This document shows positions 39,743 through 49,801 of a stretch of DNA of 64,000 bases, piece by piece; position 1 is the first letter of the stretch; every line of letters begins with the position of its first letter. This DNA is from Limisphaerales bacterium (GTDB taxonomy: Bacteria; Verrucomicrobiota; Verrucomicrobiia; Limisphaerales; JAJOIW01): positions 1 to 64,000 of the forward strand of contig CBFHOE010000007.1 in the NCBI GenBank assembly GCA_965657355.1, in the 5' to 3' direction. Made by a program: the position numbers and the translations under genes. Below the pieces are notes generated by a model. It did no database searches. It had not been told where the DNA came from and worked only from the letters and a program-made list of their open reading frames with translations.

Positions 39743-39961
39743 TCATACACTCGAGTCCCAGACTTTGCCAAATGGATACTTCTTATGCAACTTCTTGGCT
39801 CCGCGCTCCGAATAATACGTTTGCCATTCATTGAGGACTTTGTCGATACAGCACGCTTCTCCTCCCGGATGGCTCGCCGCAGGATGTCCACCATACAGCC
39901 AATATGCCCACTTGGGCGCATGCTCTTGAATGAGTTTCTCTCGCAGATCCGCAACAGTCAT
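39743..39961 (-). CDS. Putative immunity protein for a TNT-family toxin (C-terminus possibly damaged)
   Basis: MTVADLREKL..E....WAYWLYGG...CCID...EWQTYYSERG.K; the W-x2-YYSERG motif is recalled from small genes downstream of TNT toxins; TAATG overlap with the upstream ORF. Confidence 0.6.
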   Translation of the reverse strand: MTVADLREKLIQEHAPKWAYWLYGGHPAASHPGGEACCIDKVLNEWQTYYSERGAKKLHKKYPFGKVWDSSV

Positions 39962-40212
39962 TAGTCGATCTTCCTGATGTAACCGCCGTCGAGCAGCTCT
40001 TGGATGCTCTGGTTGAACTTATACTGAGTGCCTCCGCCTGACTGATTGAACCACGGTGCAGTTGTCCCACCAAGATCTGCCGCTAGAATTCCGCCTATCC
40101 CACCGGCTCCATTTATGCTTCCGCTAACATCCTTTCCATAGGTATAGGTAGCGTTAGTGGTTGTGTTATTGATATCACGTTCCTGTAAGAAAACCATCCC
40201 ATCGAATTTCAT
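39961..40212 (-). pseudogene. Internally deleted RHS toxin relic: RHS core fragment fused to the TNT domain C-terminus
   Basis: FDGMVFLQERD.NN...TYTYGKDVSGSINGAGGIGGILA (RHS-core-like) joined in frame to APWFNQSGGGTQYKFNQSIQELLDGGYIRKI (TNT C-terminal signature). Confidence 0.72.
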
Positions 40213-40292
40213 CTTCCTGCTCTTTTATTTTTCTTTTCACATCTTCCAATTGAGATGCTTTTAGTTGGGAATCTGCCGAAAATGCGATTGCT

Positions 40293-41255
40293 TTAGTCTA
40301 AGAGTCCCGATTCGTTCAACATAGATGCCATCCTGCGTGAGTTTTTTGTAGCTTCTTGAGGAAGCGGATGCCAAGGAGTGTCGGCAAAAAGAGATTCATC
40401 AACGGAGCAATTAATTTTTGATAGAGAAAATACTGGGATAATTTCAGTCACCTCTTTTAAAAAGTTTATCATTCCTGCTTCATGGTCTTCCAGTCGATCT
40501 TCAGGGCAGTAGTGCAATGAAGGAACGTAAATACAACGAGCACCCTTTTGATGGCAAACATCGTTTATTCTAGTAAGAATTTTTTTAGCGCCGTCAGTGA
40601 GGTTATATGAGAATACGGGCCACCCAAGATTTGAAGTGTCGTAATTAATTTTTTGCCATCCTGACTGCGTAAGCTCGTTTTTTTCGTAACGATAAAGAGG
40701 CTTACCGGCAATCAATTTTCCAAGTAGTGTAAAGGCATGGTAAGCACCGGGCCTCAAATGAGATAAGGAGACCACCCACTGGTCAAGAGCTTGTGGGTTC
40801 ATCCACGAGGGGTGCCCAGATATCCATGACATTTGTGATGCCAACATAAGGCTTCTTTGGGGTAAAGTGAGAAGGTCAGGCTCTAAAGAAATTATGAGCA
40901 GATCACCTTCCTTCATACGCTCAAGGGCCAAAACCGATAAAACTTTTGGCCCCATGCCGGCAGCCATTCCTAAATTTAATACGGGTTTATTTATAATATT
41001 TGAAATTTCATCGGGATTTATCCCGACCAAAACGCTGGATCCTCCGCAAAATATGATACGACCTCCAGACTTAGAGAGGTTATCTGGTTTTGAAGAAATA
41101 TTTTCTGCGCGATCCTTGATTTCCCAGGCATAGTTCAAGAATTGCAATTCAGGATTTATCTTTGCTGTGTAGGCCACTGACAAAAGGAAAACGAAGAAAC
41201 TCCATACTAGGAGAGAAATCGAACGCAGCGGGATTTTGCAGGGGTCATTCTTCAT
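40293..41255 (-). CDS. Membrane-anchored SGNH-like protein (DltD/AlgJ-like partner of an MBOAT)
   Basis: N-terminal TM; IIFCGGSS, VLNLG and FADTPWH blocks; start set at ATG 41255. Confidence 0.65.
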   Translation of the reverse strand: MKNDPCKIPLRSISLLVWSFFVFLLSVAYTAKINPELQFLNYAWEIKDRAENISSKPDNLSKSGGRIIFCGGSSVLVGINPDEISNIINKPVLNLGMAAGMGPKVLSVLALERMKEGDLLIISLEPDLLTLPQRSLMLASQMSWISGHPSWMNPQALDQWVVSLSHLRPGAYHAFTLLGKLIAGKPLYRYEKNELTQSGWQKINYDTSNLGWPVFSYNLTDGAKKILTRINDVCHQKGARCIYVPSLHYCPEDRLEDHEAGMINFLKEVTEIIPVFSLSKINCSVDESLFADTPWHPLPQEATKNSRRMASMLNESGLLD

Positions 41256-41259
41256 CGTT

Positions 41260-42666
41260 TTAAAAGGCAAAGTAGATAAAAGAGTTTCTGGATGCTGGAG
41301 CCAAAATAATTGTCATACCAATTAATAAAAATAAAACAGGATATTTTGACAAATAACCATATGGATCACTTTGATATGTCCTCCCAAGAAATTCAGTCAA
41401 AACAAGAAAAACAACTAGTAGCAACAGCCCGAATATCACGACTACATCTCCTGCACCGAAAGATAAGATAAAGTTTTTCAGCAATGCAGGACTATATGCC
41501 GTTGGGTTGAGTAGGACTCTAAGGTTCTGAAGAAGAATTTCTAAATCCGTTTGATAGAAAAAAAGCCAAGCAAAAAACACGCCTAAAGTAGTTATCATCC
41601 AACCGAGAAATGGCGGCCAAGAAATCTTCTGAGCAAAAAACCTATGAGTTAAGACCATAACCCCGTGAAACAAGCCCCACATGATAAAATTCCACCCAGC
41701 TCCATGCCAAGCGCCTGACACGAGGAAAACGACCAACATTGGAACGACACCCTTTGTCCATTTGTTACCTCCCATTCTGAAATAGATATAGTCCCTAAAC
41801 CATTGACTCAAAGTGACATGCCAGGTTCTCCAAAATCCAGTAATAGATTTTTGTGTATATGGGCTTAAAAAATTAAGGGTGAGGCCGATGCCAAGCCATT
41901 GACCAACTCCTAATGCGATGAGGCTGTATCCAGCAAAATCGAAATAAATTCGAAAACCAAAAATGACATTTTGAAACCAAACAGCCCATGCGGATTGAGC
42001 CAGCTCGCCTGGCCGAAAATAAATAGCTAAGTTGTCGGCCAGACAAAGTTTAAAGAAAAGCCCGATGATGACCCAGGTGGTTCCCTTATCGATGCTTTCT
42101 TTATCGAAAGAAAATTTAAAATTTTGAATTTGAGGCAAAAGATCCTTTTTCCTCTCAATGGGCCCGGCAACGATTTGAGGAAAAAATCCCGCGAAATTTA
42201 AAAAATCGATTAACTTAGGAAATTGATTTTGCTGTGAATGATTTTGCTTAATTACATCCCAACTAAAGCTCATGCACTGGAATGTATAAAAGGAAATTCC
42301 CACAGGGATAGCCAGGGTCATTAGACTTGTATGGTAAATTCCAAAAATTCCATTAGAAATAAAAAAGCTATATTTAAACCATACGAGGGGTGCCAATTGA
42401 AAAAAGGCAAGCAAGCCCGCACTAGCCGAGCGAAAACGCTTTTTTTTCAAAAGCATCTTTGTTCCAAAATATGTGACTAAAGCAACGTAAAGGAAAACTG
42501 TTGCCGTGACCCACCCCACAAAGAAAAGCAGCCCGATTCCAAGAGCAAAGAGTAAATACTTATCACTGTTTTTTCTGGAGGCTTTTACAGGAATAATTCG
42601 AATGAGCCAAACGATGACGAGGCCTATTCCCAGTGCTAACCAAAACTTTACTTCCGCAAAATTCAT
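41260..42666 (-). CDS. MBOAT family O-acyltransferase (AlgI/DltB-like)
   Basis: PVGISFYTFQ, FFPQIVAGPIER, IYFDFAGYS, FWRTWHVTLSQWFRDYIY, SGAWHGA, FIYFAF end. Confidence 0.95.
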   Translation of the reverse strand: MNFAEVKFWLALGIGLVIVWLIRIIPVKASRKNSDKYLLFALGIGLLFFVGWVTATVFLYVALVTYFGTKMLLKKKRFRSASAGLLAFFQLAPLVWFKYSFFISNGIFGIYHTSLMTLAIPVGISFYTFQCMSFSWDVIKQNHSQQNQFPKLIDFLNFAGFFPQIVAGPIERKKDLLPQIQNFKFSFDKESIDKGTTWVIIGLFFKLCLADNLAIYFRPGELAQSAWAVWFQNVIFGFRIYFDFAGYSLIALGVGQWLGIGLTLNFLSPYTQKSITGFWRTWHVTLSQWFRDYIYFRMGGNKWTKGVVPMLVVFLVSGAWHGAGWNFIMWGLFHGVMVLTHRFFAQKISWPPFLGWMITTLGVFFAWLFFYQTDLEILLQNLRVLLNPTAYSPALLKNFILSFGAGDVVVIFGLLLLVVFLVLTEFLGRTYQSDPYGYLSKYPVLFLLIGMTIILAPASRNSFIYFAF

Positions 42667-42811
42667 TTAGTAAGGGGTAGACTTTACCAAAACATCGAGA
42701 TCAGAAAAGTTTCAACTATACAGGGCTTTAGATAAAAAAGGCCAATCCACGATATAGCCAATTATTCTGGCATAAACTAATAAGCCTCTCTATTCTCACC
42801 ACATTATTAAG

Positions 42812-43456
42812 ATGGAAAGAGAAGAATCCAGAATATCTAAATCAAAAAAGGGTCAAAATACTCAGAAAAAGGAAAGTTTTTGGAGAAAGCTCTACAACTG
42901 GACCATAAGCTGGGCAGAAAAACCACAGGGCGTCTGGGCATTATTCATTATAGCCTTTGCAGAATCGTCCATCTTCCCTATTCCACCAGACGTGCTATTG
43001 GTTGCACTGTGCGCTGGTGCTCCACGTAAATCATTTTTCTTCGCCGGGGTATGCCTCATTGGCAGCGTCCTCGGTGGAATGGCTGGATACTGGATCGGAT
43101 CGGGTGTTTACGACACTATAGGAGTCAAGATAGTCGAGATTTATCATGCCCAAGAGGTTATGGAGAAAATCAAAAATTGGTATGATGAATGGGGATTTTG
43201 GGGAAACCTATTAGCAGCCGTGACTCCTATTCCTTATAAAGTTTTCACAATAACTTCCGGAGCCATGGATTACAATTTCGTCCAATTCCTCTTTGCCTCT
43301 GTAGTCGGGCGAGGCCTGAGATTTTTTCTGGTTGGCTCACTCATAAAATTCCTGGGCCCAAAAATGATTCCTTGGATTGAGAAAAATTTAGACAGATTAG
43401 CCTGGGTATTTTTAATCCTCGTCTTGCTCGGCATTGCAGCAATCAAACTTCTTTGA
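42812..43456 (+). CDS. YqaA/DedA (VTT domain) membrane protein
   Basis: AFAESSIFPIPPDVLL, TPIPYKVFTI, GRGLRFF. Confidence 0.92.
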   Translation: MEREESRISKSKKGQNTQKKESFWRKLYNWTISWAEKPQGVWALFIIAFAESSIFPIPPDVLLVALCAGAPRKSFFFAGVCLIGSVLGGMAGYWIGSGVYDTIGVKIVEIYHAQEVMEKIKNWYDEWGFWGNLLAAVTPIPYKVFTITSGAMDYNFVQFLFASVVGRGLRFFLVGSLIKFLGPKMIPWIEKNLDRLAWVFLILVLLGIAAIKLL

Positions 43457-43735
43457 AAAATACCTGCCCAAATGGGCTGTATTGTCTTGCATTTTTTTTC
43501 AATAAATCAAATAAATCTCTATGCGAGTGTTATGGAGATTCATTTCGAGGGTGGCTCATATGTTTGATGGAAAAGAGACCACGCAAGTAAACAACTCTCA
43601 ATTATTTGGGATCTACCTCAACCAGACAAACGGTCATAAAACATATAACTATGACCAAACAACACGCCAAAGATCAAAAGGGCGACACCAAAGCACAAGG
43701 GCTTCTGAATAATACTCAATCAACACAATATATTT

Positions 43736-44845
43736 ATGAATAAGAATTCTGACCATTTTATCATTATCATGGCTGGGGGCAGAGGCGAAAGATTTTGGCC
43801 AGTTAGTCGTGAGACCTCACCAAAACAACTTATTACGATCTTGGGTGAGCGGTCATTCCTCCAGTCGACAGTGGATAGAGTTCTTCCATTAGTTCCTGAA
43901 GAGAATATTTTTATCATTACAAATGTTGCGCAGGCAGCTGAAGTAAAACGACAGCTTCCCGAGCTGCCACCAGATAATGTTATAGCAGAACCATGCGGCC
44001 GTGACACATGTGCAGCAGTTGCTTTGGGGGCTGCCCTTGTGGGGCAGAAAAACCCCAATGGTATCATGGCAGTTCTGCCAGCAGATCACGTCATTCCGGA
44101 AAATGAAAAATTTCAAAGTGTTCTATCTGATACTTTAAATTTTGCAAAAGAAGGGGACAAAATTATTACTATTGGTATCAAACCAAATGAACCTGCCACT
44201 GGATATGGTTACATCCATTTCGGTGAAAAACAAAGCCATGGGGAAAATGGCACTGACTTATTCACCGGTTTAAAATTTGTTGAAAAACCAGATTTACCCA
44301 CAGCAGAGTCGTATTTGGCATCCGGAGAATATCGATGGAACGCCGGCATGTTTATTTGGTCATACAGCACGATAAAATGTGCTCTTGATAAATACCAACC
44401 AGAGATTGGAGCCCTTTGTTCAAAGTGGGCTTCAAGTTCAAATATTGGAGGCCTTCTTGACCAATTGGAAGTTGATTATCCTGACATAAAAAAAATCTCG
44501 ATTGATTTTGCAGTTATGGAGAAAGCCCAGAATGTGTTTGTCGCAGACGGCTCATTTACCTGGGATGACCTAGGTGCATGGACTGCTCTGGCTCGGCATA
44601 TCGATAATGATGAGAATGGAAACGCCTCAAATACTAATTTCGTGCATGTCGATTCTCAAAATAATGTAATCTTTGACAACCGTGCGATAGAGAGCAGAAC
44701 CCCTATTACTCTCGTCGGAATTAAAAATAGCATCATAGTCCAGACTGAAGATGCTTTATTGGTGGCAAGCAAAGAAGAATCTCAAAAAATCAAGGACCTG
44801 GTTAAACTTCTATCGTCTAGTAATGAATATAAAAAACTGACGTAG
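43736..44845 (+). CDS. manC: Mannose-1-phosphate guanylyltransferase
   Basis: IMAGGRGERFWPVSR..PKQ, EPCGRDT, LPADH, TGYGYI, FVEKP, WNAGMF, SIDFAVME, WDDLG. Confidence 0.94.
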   Translation: MNKNSDHFIIIMAGGRGERFWPVSRETSPKQLITILGERSFLQSTVDRVLPLVPEENIFIITNVAQAAEVKRQLPELPPDNVIAEPCGRDTCAAVALGAALVGQKNPNGIMAVLPADHVIPENEKFQSVLSDTLNFAKEGDKIITIGIKPNEPATGYGYIHFGEKQSHGENGTDLFTGLKFVEKPDLPTAESYLASGEYRWNAGMFIWSYSTIKCALDKYQPEIGALCSKWASSSNIGGLLDQLEVDYPDIKKISIDFAVMEKAQNVFVADGSFTWDDLGAWTALARHIDNDENGNASNTNFVHVDSQNNVIFDNRAIESRTPITLVGIKNSIIVQTEDALLVASKEESQKIKDLVKLLSSSNEYKKLT

Positions 44846-44883
44846 GCCCAAACGTTATTTTAAATCATATAATTTAAAGAAAA

Positions 44884-46263
44884 TTAGTATTTCAATGCAG
44901 CGATGGGACTCATCTTGGCTGCTTTTAAAGCCGGGAATAATCCAGCCAAAATTCCTACGACAACGCTGAAAACACAGGCCTGAATCGTCGCTTCAGGAGT
45001 GATAACAGGTGTGTTTTGAGATGGAGCCAGCCAAATCAGCATCTCAACAACGCCAAAAGAAACTCCGATACCAGCGGCAGCGCCTAACAGGCAAACAATA
45101 ACACTTTCAGTAATAACTTGCACAAAAACGTCCAATGCAGTCGCACCAAGAGCTTTGCAGGTTCCTATCTCTCGAATTCTCTCCTGAATGCTGGCAAACA
45201 TAATATTCATAATACCTATTCCGCCGATCAACAGGCTCAATCCAGCGATTATCGAACCGCTGATACGGGAGTTTCTAATTCTTTTGTTAATGCTATCTAT
45301 GCTTGATTGCTTCGTTTCGAATTCGTAATCCAGGATGCCCTTGTGAGTGATTCCCAGTATGTTTTTTGACTGCTGTATAGCCTTGTCAAAAAGGGCCAGA
45401 GAACTGACTTTGATATCAATGTCATCTAATCGATTGTCAGGAATAAGTGGCTCCCCTTCCTCTGTATCGAGGTAGCGGGTAAATTTGAGTCTCATGGTAT
45501 TAATGGGAATATAAACGAGGTTATTCTTTCTCCAGAATGCATTGCCATATGTCTGACTTCCACTCCAGCCTTTTTGTCTGGCAGGTCCAGATTGCTCCTC
45601 AGATTTATTAGCTTTGTTCTTAAGAGCAATCTCTCGCATACGCCTATCTTTATCACTCTCAAAATGCTTAAACATTCCAATAATGACAAATGGCTGGCCG
45701 TTAATAGTTATCCACTCTCCGATTGGGATTTTTCCGTAATCAGGATCTAGAGGCTTACCAAAAAGACGATCTCTGATTCCAGTCCCGATGACACAGACAC
45801 TCAGTGCCTGCTCGTCGTCTAATGAATTAAAAAAACGACCGTGCTTAACCTCCAAAAGATTCATTTCAAGAACTGATGGTGTCACTCCAACAAATTCGCT
45901 AGCCCTTGTTCTCTTGCCCCCATACGAAGCGTAAGCTCGATATTCTCTTATCTCTGGAGAAATGTATTTTAGTAATGTTGAGGAACTTTTTAAGGCATTG
46001 ACATCATTAAACGTCTTTCCTGGCGCGAGATCCGAAAGATGATCCATTGAGGAAGGCACACCATCATCATCGATTATCACTTTGTCTAAACCACCCATCG
46101 CTATCAGAGATTCCTTCATGCCATTCTCCATGCCTTTTATCATTGCTGACATTGCAACAAGACTGGAAACTCCGAGAATAACACCCACCATTGTTAATAA
46201 AGTTCTGAAGGGATGAGCCAAAATGTTTCGAAAACTAAAATCCAGTGCGTTTGCGATTATCAT
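44884..46263 (-). CDS. MacB-type ABC permease
   Basis: RTLLTMVGVILGVSSL; GGIGIMNIMFASIQERIREIG; GLFPA...SPIAALKY. Confidence 0.93.
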   Translation of the reverse strand: MIIANALDFSFRNILAHPFRTLLTMVGVILGVSSLVAMSAMIKGMENGMKESLIAMGGLDKVIIDDDGVPSSMDHLSDLAPGKTFNDVNALKSSSTLLKYISPEIREYRAYASYGGKRTRASEFVGVTPSVLEMNLLEVKHGRFFNSLDDEQALSVCVIGTGIRDRLFGKPLDPDYGKIPIGEWITINGQPFVIIGMFKHFESDKDRRMREIALKNKANKSEEQSGPARQKGWSGSQTYGNAFWRKNNLVYIPINTMRLKFTRYLDTEEGEPLIPDNRLDDIDIKVSSLALFDKAIQQSKNILGITHKGILDYEFETKQSSIDSINKRIRNSRISGSIIAGLSLLIGGIGIMNIMFASIQERIREIGTCKALGATALDVFVQVITESVIVCLLGAAAGIGVSFGVVEMLIWLAPSQNTPVITPEATIQACVFSVVVGILAGLFPALKAAKMSPIAALKY

Positions 46264-46270
46264 TTGCGGC

Positions 46271-47638
46271 CTATTCGTATTTTAGCGCTTCGATTGGGCT
46301 ATAATTTGAAGCTTTAATTCCGGGATAAACACCCGAGAGAATACCCACTGCAATACTGGCAGAAAAAGCGATGACCAGATTGCTTATGGTGACTTCGGGA
46401 GCATTTTCAGTTGGGGCAAGAATACCAATCAGGCCCAATACGCCTTGAGAGGCCATAAGGCCTAATATGCCTCCGGTGATTGAAAGCAATACACTTTCAG
46501 AGAGTATTTGACCAAATATCGTCAAGTCAGTGGCTCCAATTGCTTTGCAAATTCCAATTTCACGAATTCGCTCGGATATACTGGCGAGCATGATATTCAT
46601 GATACCTATACCTCCGACTATTAAACCGATACCTGCAATCACGGCTCCGCTGATTCTATAATTTTGAATGGTTTCTTCTACGTCCTCAGCCATGAACTCT
46701 TCGGTACGGAATGCAAAATCCTCGATGCCTCTATGGGAAATCATCATGACATTTCTTGCTTGTTGGATGCCGTTTTCCAAAAGAGAAATATCAGGAACCC
46801 TGACACTGATAGTATCAATCCTCAAAACAGGTTCTGGTTCAGTCGATTTGGAGGAAAGAAATTTAGCATGCATCGTTTTCATTGGAATGTAGATACATTG
46901 GTTTTTGGATCGGTACACCCATGATTCTTGTCTCCTGCGACGAGTTTTTCTTGGATCTAATTCCCCGCTGGCTATGAGTTTTTTTCTTTCGAGCCTTTCC
47001 TTTTTCTCACGCTCAGTTTCGTATAGTTCGAACATCCCGATTATTTTGAAAGGCACAAAATTAACGTAGATTGTTTCCCCGAGCGGAATTATTTCACGGC
47101 CTACATCCTCAGGGTGCCCGAACAAGTCGTCTCTTACTCCTGACGAAATAACACAAACGCTTGCAGCAGCCTCCTCGTCGAGATCATTAAACAAACGACC
47201 ATGGGCGATTCGATGATCTTCCATCTCCATGAAAGAAGGCCAAGCCCCAATGAGTTTATAGGGTCGGGCATATTTTTTTTTATAGCTAACAACAAGTGAA
47301 CTGTCCCAGCGAGTGAGCTCCACAGCTGGAGTAATTTCAGAAAGCAGTGGGGCGCTTGCCTGAAGCGCGTAGACATCTGACATTGTGAGACCTGGAGATT
47401 GCCCTTCCAAGTGTTCTTGATGTTCAGGGAGGTTGTCTTCTTCTTGGATTTCAAATTTGTCCATTCCACCAACTTCAACAAGGGCTTCTTTAAGGCCATT
47501 TTCCATACCTTTTACTGTCCCATTCATAGCAACCAAACTTGAGATCCCAAGTATAATCCCAAACATTGTAAGGAAAGACCTAACCGGGTGGCCCTTTATC
47601 TCTCTAAAACAATTTGATATGACCGCAGCTAAATTCAT
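46271..47638 (-). CDS. MacB-type ABC permease
   Basis: RSFLTMFGIILGISSL; GGIGIMNIMLASISERIREIG; SPIEALKYE. Confidence 0.93.
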   Translation of the reverse strand: MNLAAVISNCFREIKGHPVRSFLTMFGIILGISSLVAMNGTVKGMENGLKEALVEVGGMDKFEIQEEDNLPEHQEHLEGQSPGLTMSDVYALQASAPLLSEITPAVELTRWDSSLVVSYKKKYARPYKLIGAWPSFMEMEDHRIAHGRLFNDLDEEAAASVCVISSGVRDDLFGHPEDVGREIIPLGETIYVNFVPFKIIGMFELYETEREKKERLERKKLIASGELDPRKTRRRRQESWVYRSKNQCIYIPMKTMHAKFLSSKSTEPEPVLRIDTISVRVPDISLLENGIQQARNVMMISHRGIEDFAFRTEEFMAEDVEETIQNYRISGAVIAGIGLIVGGIGIMNIMLASISERIREIGICKAIGATDLTIFGQILSESVLLSITGGILGLMASQGVLGLIGILAPTENAPEVTISNLVIAFSASIAVGILSGVYPGIKASNYSPIEALKYE

Positions 47639-48390
47639 TAGTCTTTTGGTGCTTCCACCGGTGACTCAGGATCAATGTGAAAGCGATTATCGTCAGTATC
47701 CCTAACGAATTTAGAATTTATGTTTCGAGCAATTTTCCCATCCCGAATCTCAATTCGACGCGGAGTCAGTCCGGCTATATCCGGGTCATGTGTGACCAAA
47801 ACTATCGTTCTTCCAAGTTTTTGTAGAGAATGGAATAAGTTGAGTATGACTTCTCCTGTATTGGAATCAAGATTCCCAGTAGGTTCATCAGCAAAAATAA
47901 TTCTAGGCTCATTAACAAGAGCTCGAGCTATCGCCACTCGTTGCTGCTGACCACCAGACAATTGATTCGGTCGATGCTTAGCTCTATCACTCATTTCCAC
48001 TAATTCAAGAACCTCTTTTGCTCGCTCCCCTCTTTTCTTTGAAGATAAACCTGAGTAGATGAGTGGTAACTCTACGTTTTGGAGAACAGATAATCTGGGC
48101 AGAAGGTTGAAGAATTGAAAAACAAAACCGATTTTAGTATTGCGAATTTTGGCAAGTTCGTGGGGTTTGGCTTTTTCAATTTGAGTACCGTCAATACTCA
48201 TGGTCCCATCGGTCGGAATGTCCAAACAGCCTAATATATGCATCAATGTCGATTTTCCACTTCCTGAAGGGCCAACTATGGAAGTGAATTCACCTTCATC
48301 TATATCAAGGTCGACACCGTCAAGGGCCTTAATGGTTTCGCTACCTAGCTGGTAAACCTTGGAAACGTTTCGAATTTCTACGAGCGCCAT
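47638..48390 (-). CDS. ABC ATPase (LolD/MacB-type)
   Basis: GPSGSGKST, IGFVFQ, LSGGQQQRVAIARAL, ADEPTGNLD, VTHD. Confidence 0.96.
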   Translation of the reverse strand: MALVEIRNVSKVYQLGSETIKALDGVDLDIDEGEFTSIVGPSGSGKSTLMHILGCLDIPTDGTMSIDGTQIEKAKPHELAKIRNTKIGFVFQFFNLLPRLSVLQNVELPLIYSGLSSKKRGERAKEVLELVEMSDRAKHRPNQLSGGQQQRVAIARALVNEPRIIFADEPTGNLDSNTGEVILNLFHSLQKLGRTIVLVTHDPDIAGLTPRRIEIRDGKIARNINSKFVRDTDDNRFHIDPESPVEAPKD

Positions 48391-48426
48391 GAATTGGATG
48401 AGATGAGTAAGCTTAAATCTGACCGA

Positions 48427-49614
48427 TTAGTTAATCAAAAAAGCGGAGACAAAATTTATTAGTTTGGTCATTGAGTGAGACGAACTCACGGCATTTTGAT
48501 CATCCCCCTTATCTGCTAATATCTCTTCTGGGTCTGGTTGCTCAATAGCAACAACCTCACCACCAGAAAGACCGTCTAAAATTTCTACAAAAGTGTAATC
48601 ATTGATGCCAATTGTAACTGGAGTCATCAGAAATTTTTCCCCTTTTTGAACATAAACGTATCTTTCCATTTCTTTCAACTGAGCATTATACTCAGTAAAT
48701 ACGGCAGACATTGGCACTGCAAGCGCATCACTACTTGCCGCAATAGGGATAACAACATTGGCCGTCATACCCGGCTGAATCATTTGATTAATCTCTGTGA
48801 GAGTTATGCGAGTCTCATATCCTTTGGTTCTACTTTTAATAGTGGCTTGAGGTGCGATTCTATCTATGACTCCCCCCACCCTTAGTCCGTTCACTGCTTC
48901 AATTTCAATGGCGACTTCCATTCCGGTTTTGAGTCGGGTGACATCAACTTGGTTGACATGGGCATTTATTATCATTCTGTTCAAATCGGCTATCGTCATG
49001 ACCTCGGTCCCATTATTGAAGCCGCTGGAGCCAGAGACAGCCTGGCCCAACGAAACAGATCTCGTGAGAATAGTACCATCGAAAGGAGCTAGTATTTTAG
49101 TTCTGGAAAGGCGGTCCATAGTGAGGGCCAAATCCTTTTGAGCCTGTTCGGTTCGGTTTTTGGCAAGCTCATAACTGGTTTTGGAATTTTCAAACTCTTC
49201 GGTGGATACGAGCTGATCATCGAACAAATCATTTTGCCGCTCGAACAATCTTCTGGCCTGTTCCAGTTGAAGATACGCAGCCTTGATTTCGGTCTCTCTC
49301 GATTCAATTTCAATCATTAGGTCCTTGTCGTCCAGTGCGAATAGGAGGTCGCCTTTTTTCACTTCATCACTAATATCAACAGGTAGAGAGGATATTTTAC
49401 CCGGAACCTCCGGCCTCACAGAAACCACATCAAATGGAGTAATTTCTCCAGCTAGATTGATCTCAAAATCGATATCCTTACGGAGAACGTCTGCTGTCCG
49501 CACTCGCGCGGCCAATTCGGATTCCAAGCCGGCTTCGTTGTTTGGCTTTAGGACAAACAAATAAAGGGCAAATATGAGGCCCGCTCCAATTATTCCAAGT
49601 AGAAAAGATTTCAT
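48427..49614 (-). CDS. Periplasmic adaptor (MacA-like)
   Basis: N-terminal TM, VKKGDLL, ILAPFDGTI, QPGMTA, VPMSAV. Confidence 0.92.
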   Translation of the reverse strand: MKSFLLGIIGAGLIFALYLFVLKPNNEAGLESELAARVRTADVLRKDIDFEINLAGEITPFDVVSVRPEVPGKISSLPVDISDEVKKGDLLFALDDKDLMIEIESRETEIKAAYLQLEQARRLFERQNDLFDDQLVSTEEFENSKTSYELAKNRTEQAQKDLALTMDRLSRTKILAPFDGTILTRSVSLGQAVSGSSGFNNGTEVMTIADLNRMIINAHVNQVDVTRLKTGMEVAIEIEAVNGLRVGGVIDRIAPQATIKSRTKGYETRITLTEINQMIQPGMTANVVIPIAASSDALAVPMSAVFTEYNAQLKEMERYVYVQKGEKFLMTPVTIGINDYTFVEILDGLSGGEVVAIEQPDPEEILADKGDDQNAVSSSHSMTKLINFVSAFLIN

Positions 49615-49801
49615 TTTATTCTCTGTGACCTAAACCAACAGCCAGCATCCAGACTTACAGGCTGCATTCCTGGACACATTAGCATTATCTGTCTAAGTTG
49701 TGTTCACAGTCTAACAGATAACCGAAGTCGCAGGAAAATCAAATCAAGTTCATAATAGGCTTGGAGAATGGACGATTGCGTTAGAAACTTGAATAGGTCG
49801 C

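Noticed and set aside
43525..43602. GGAGA...AACTCTCA resemblance to a glycine riboswitch
   Set aside because: The conserved CCGAAG and CTCTCAGG elements are not intact, and manC is not a glycine gene.
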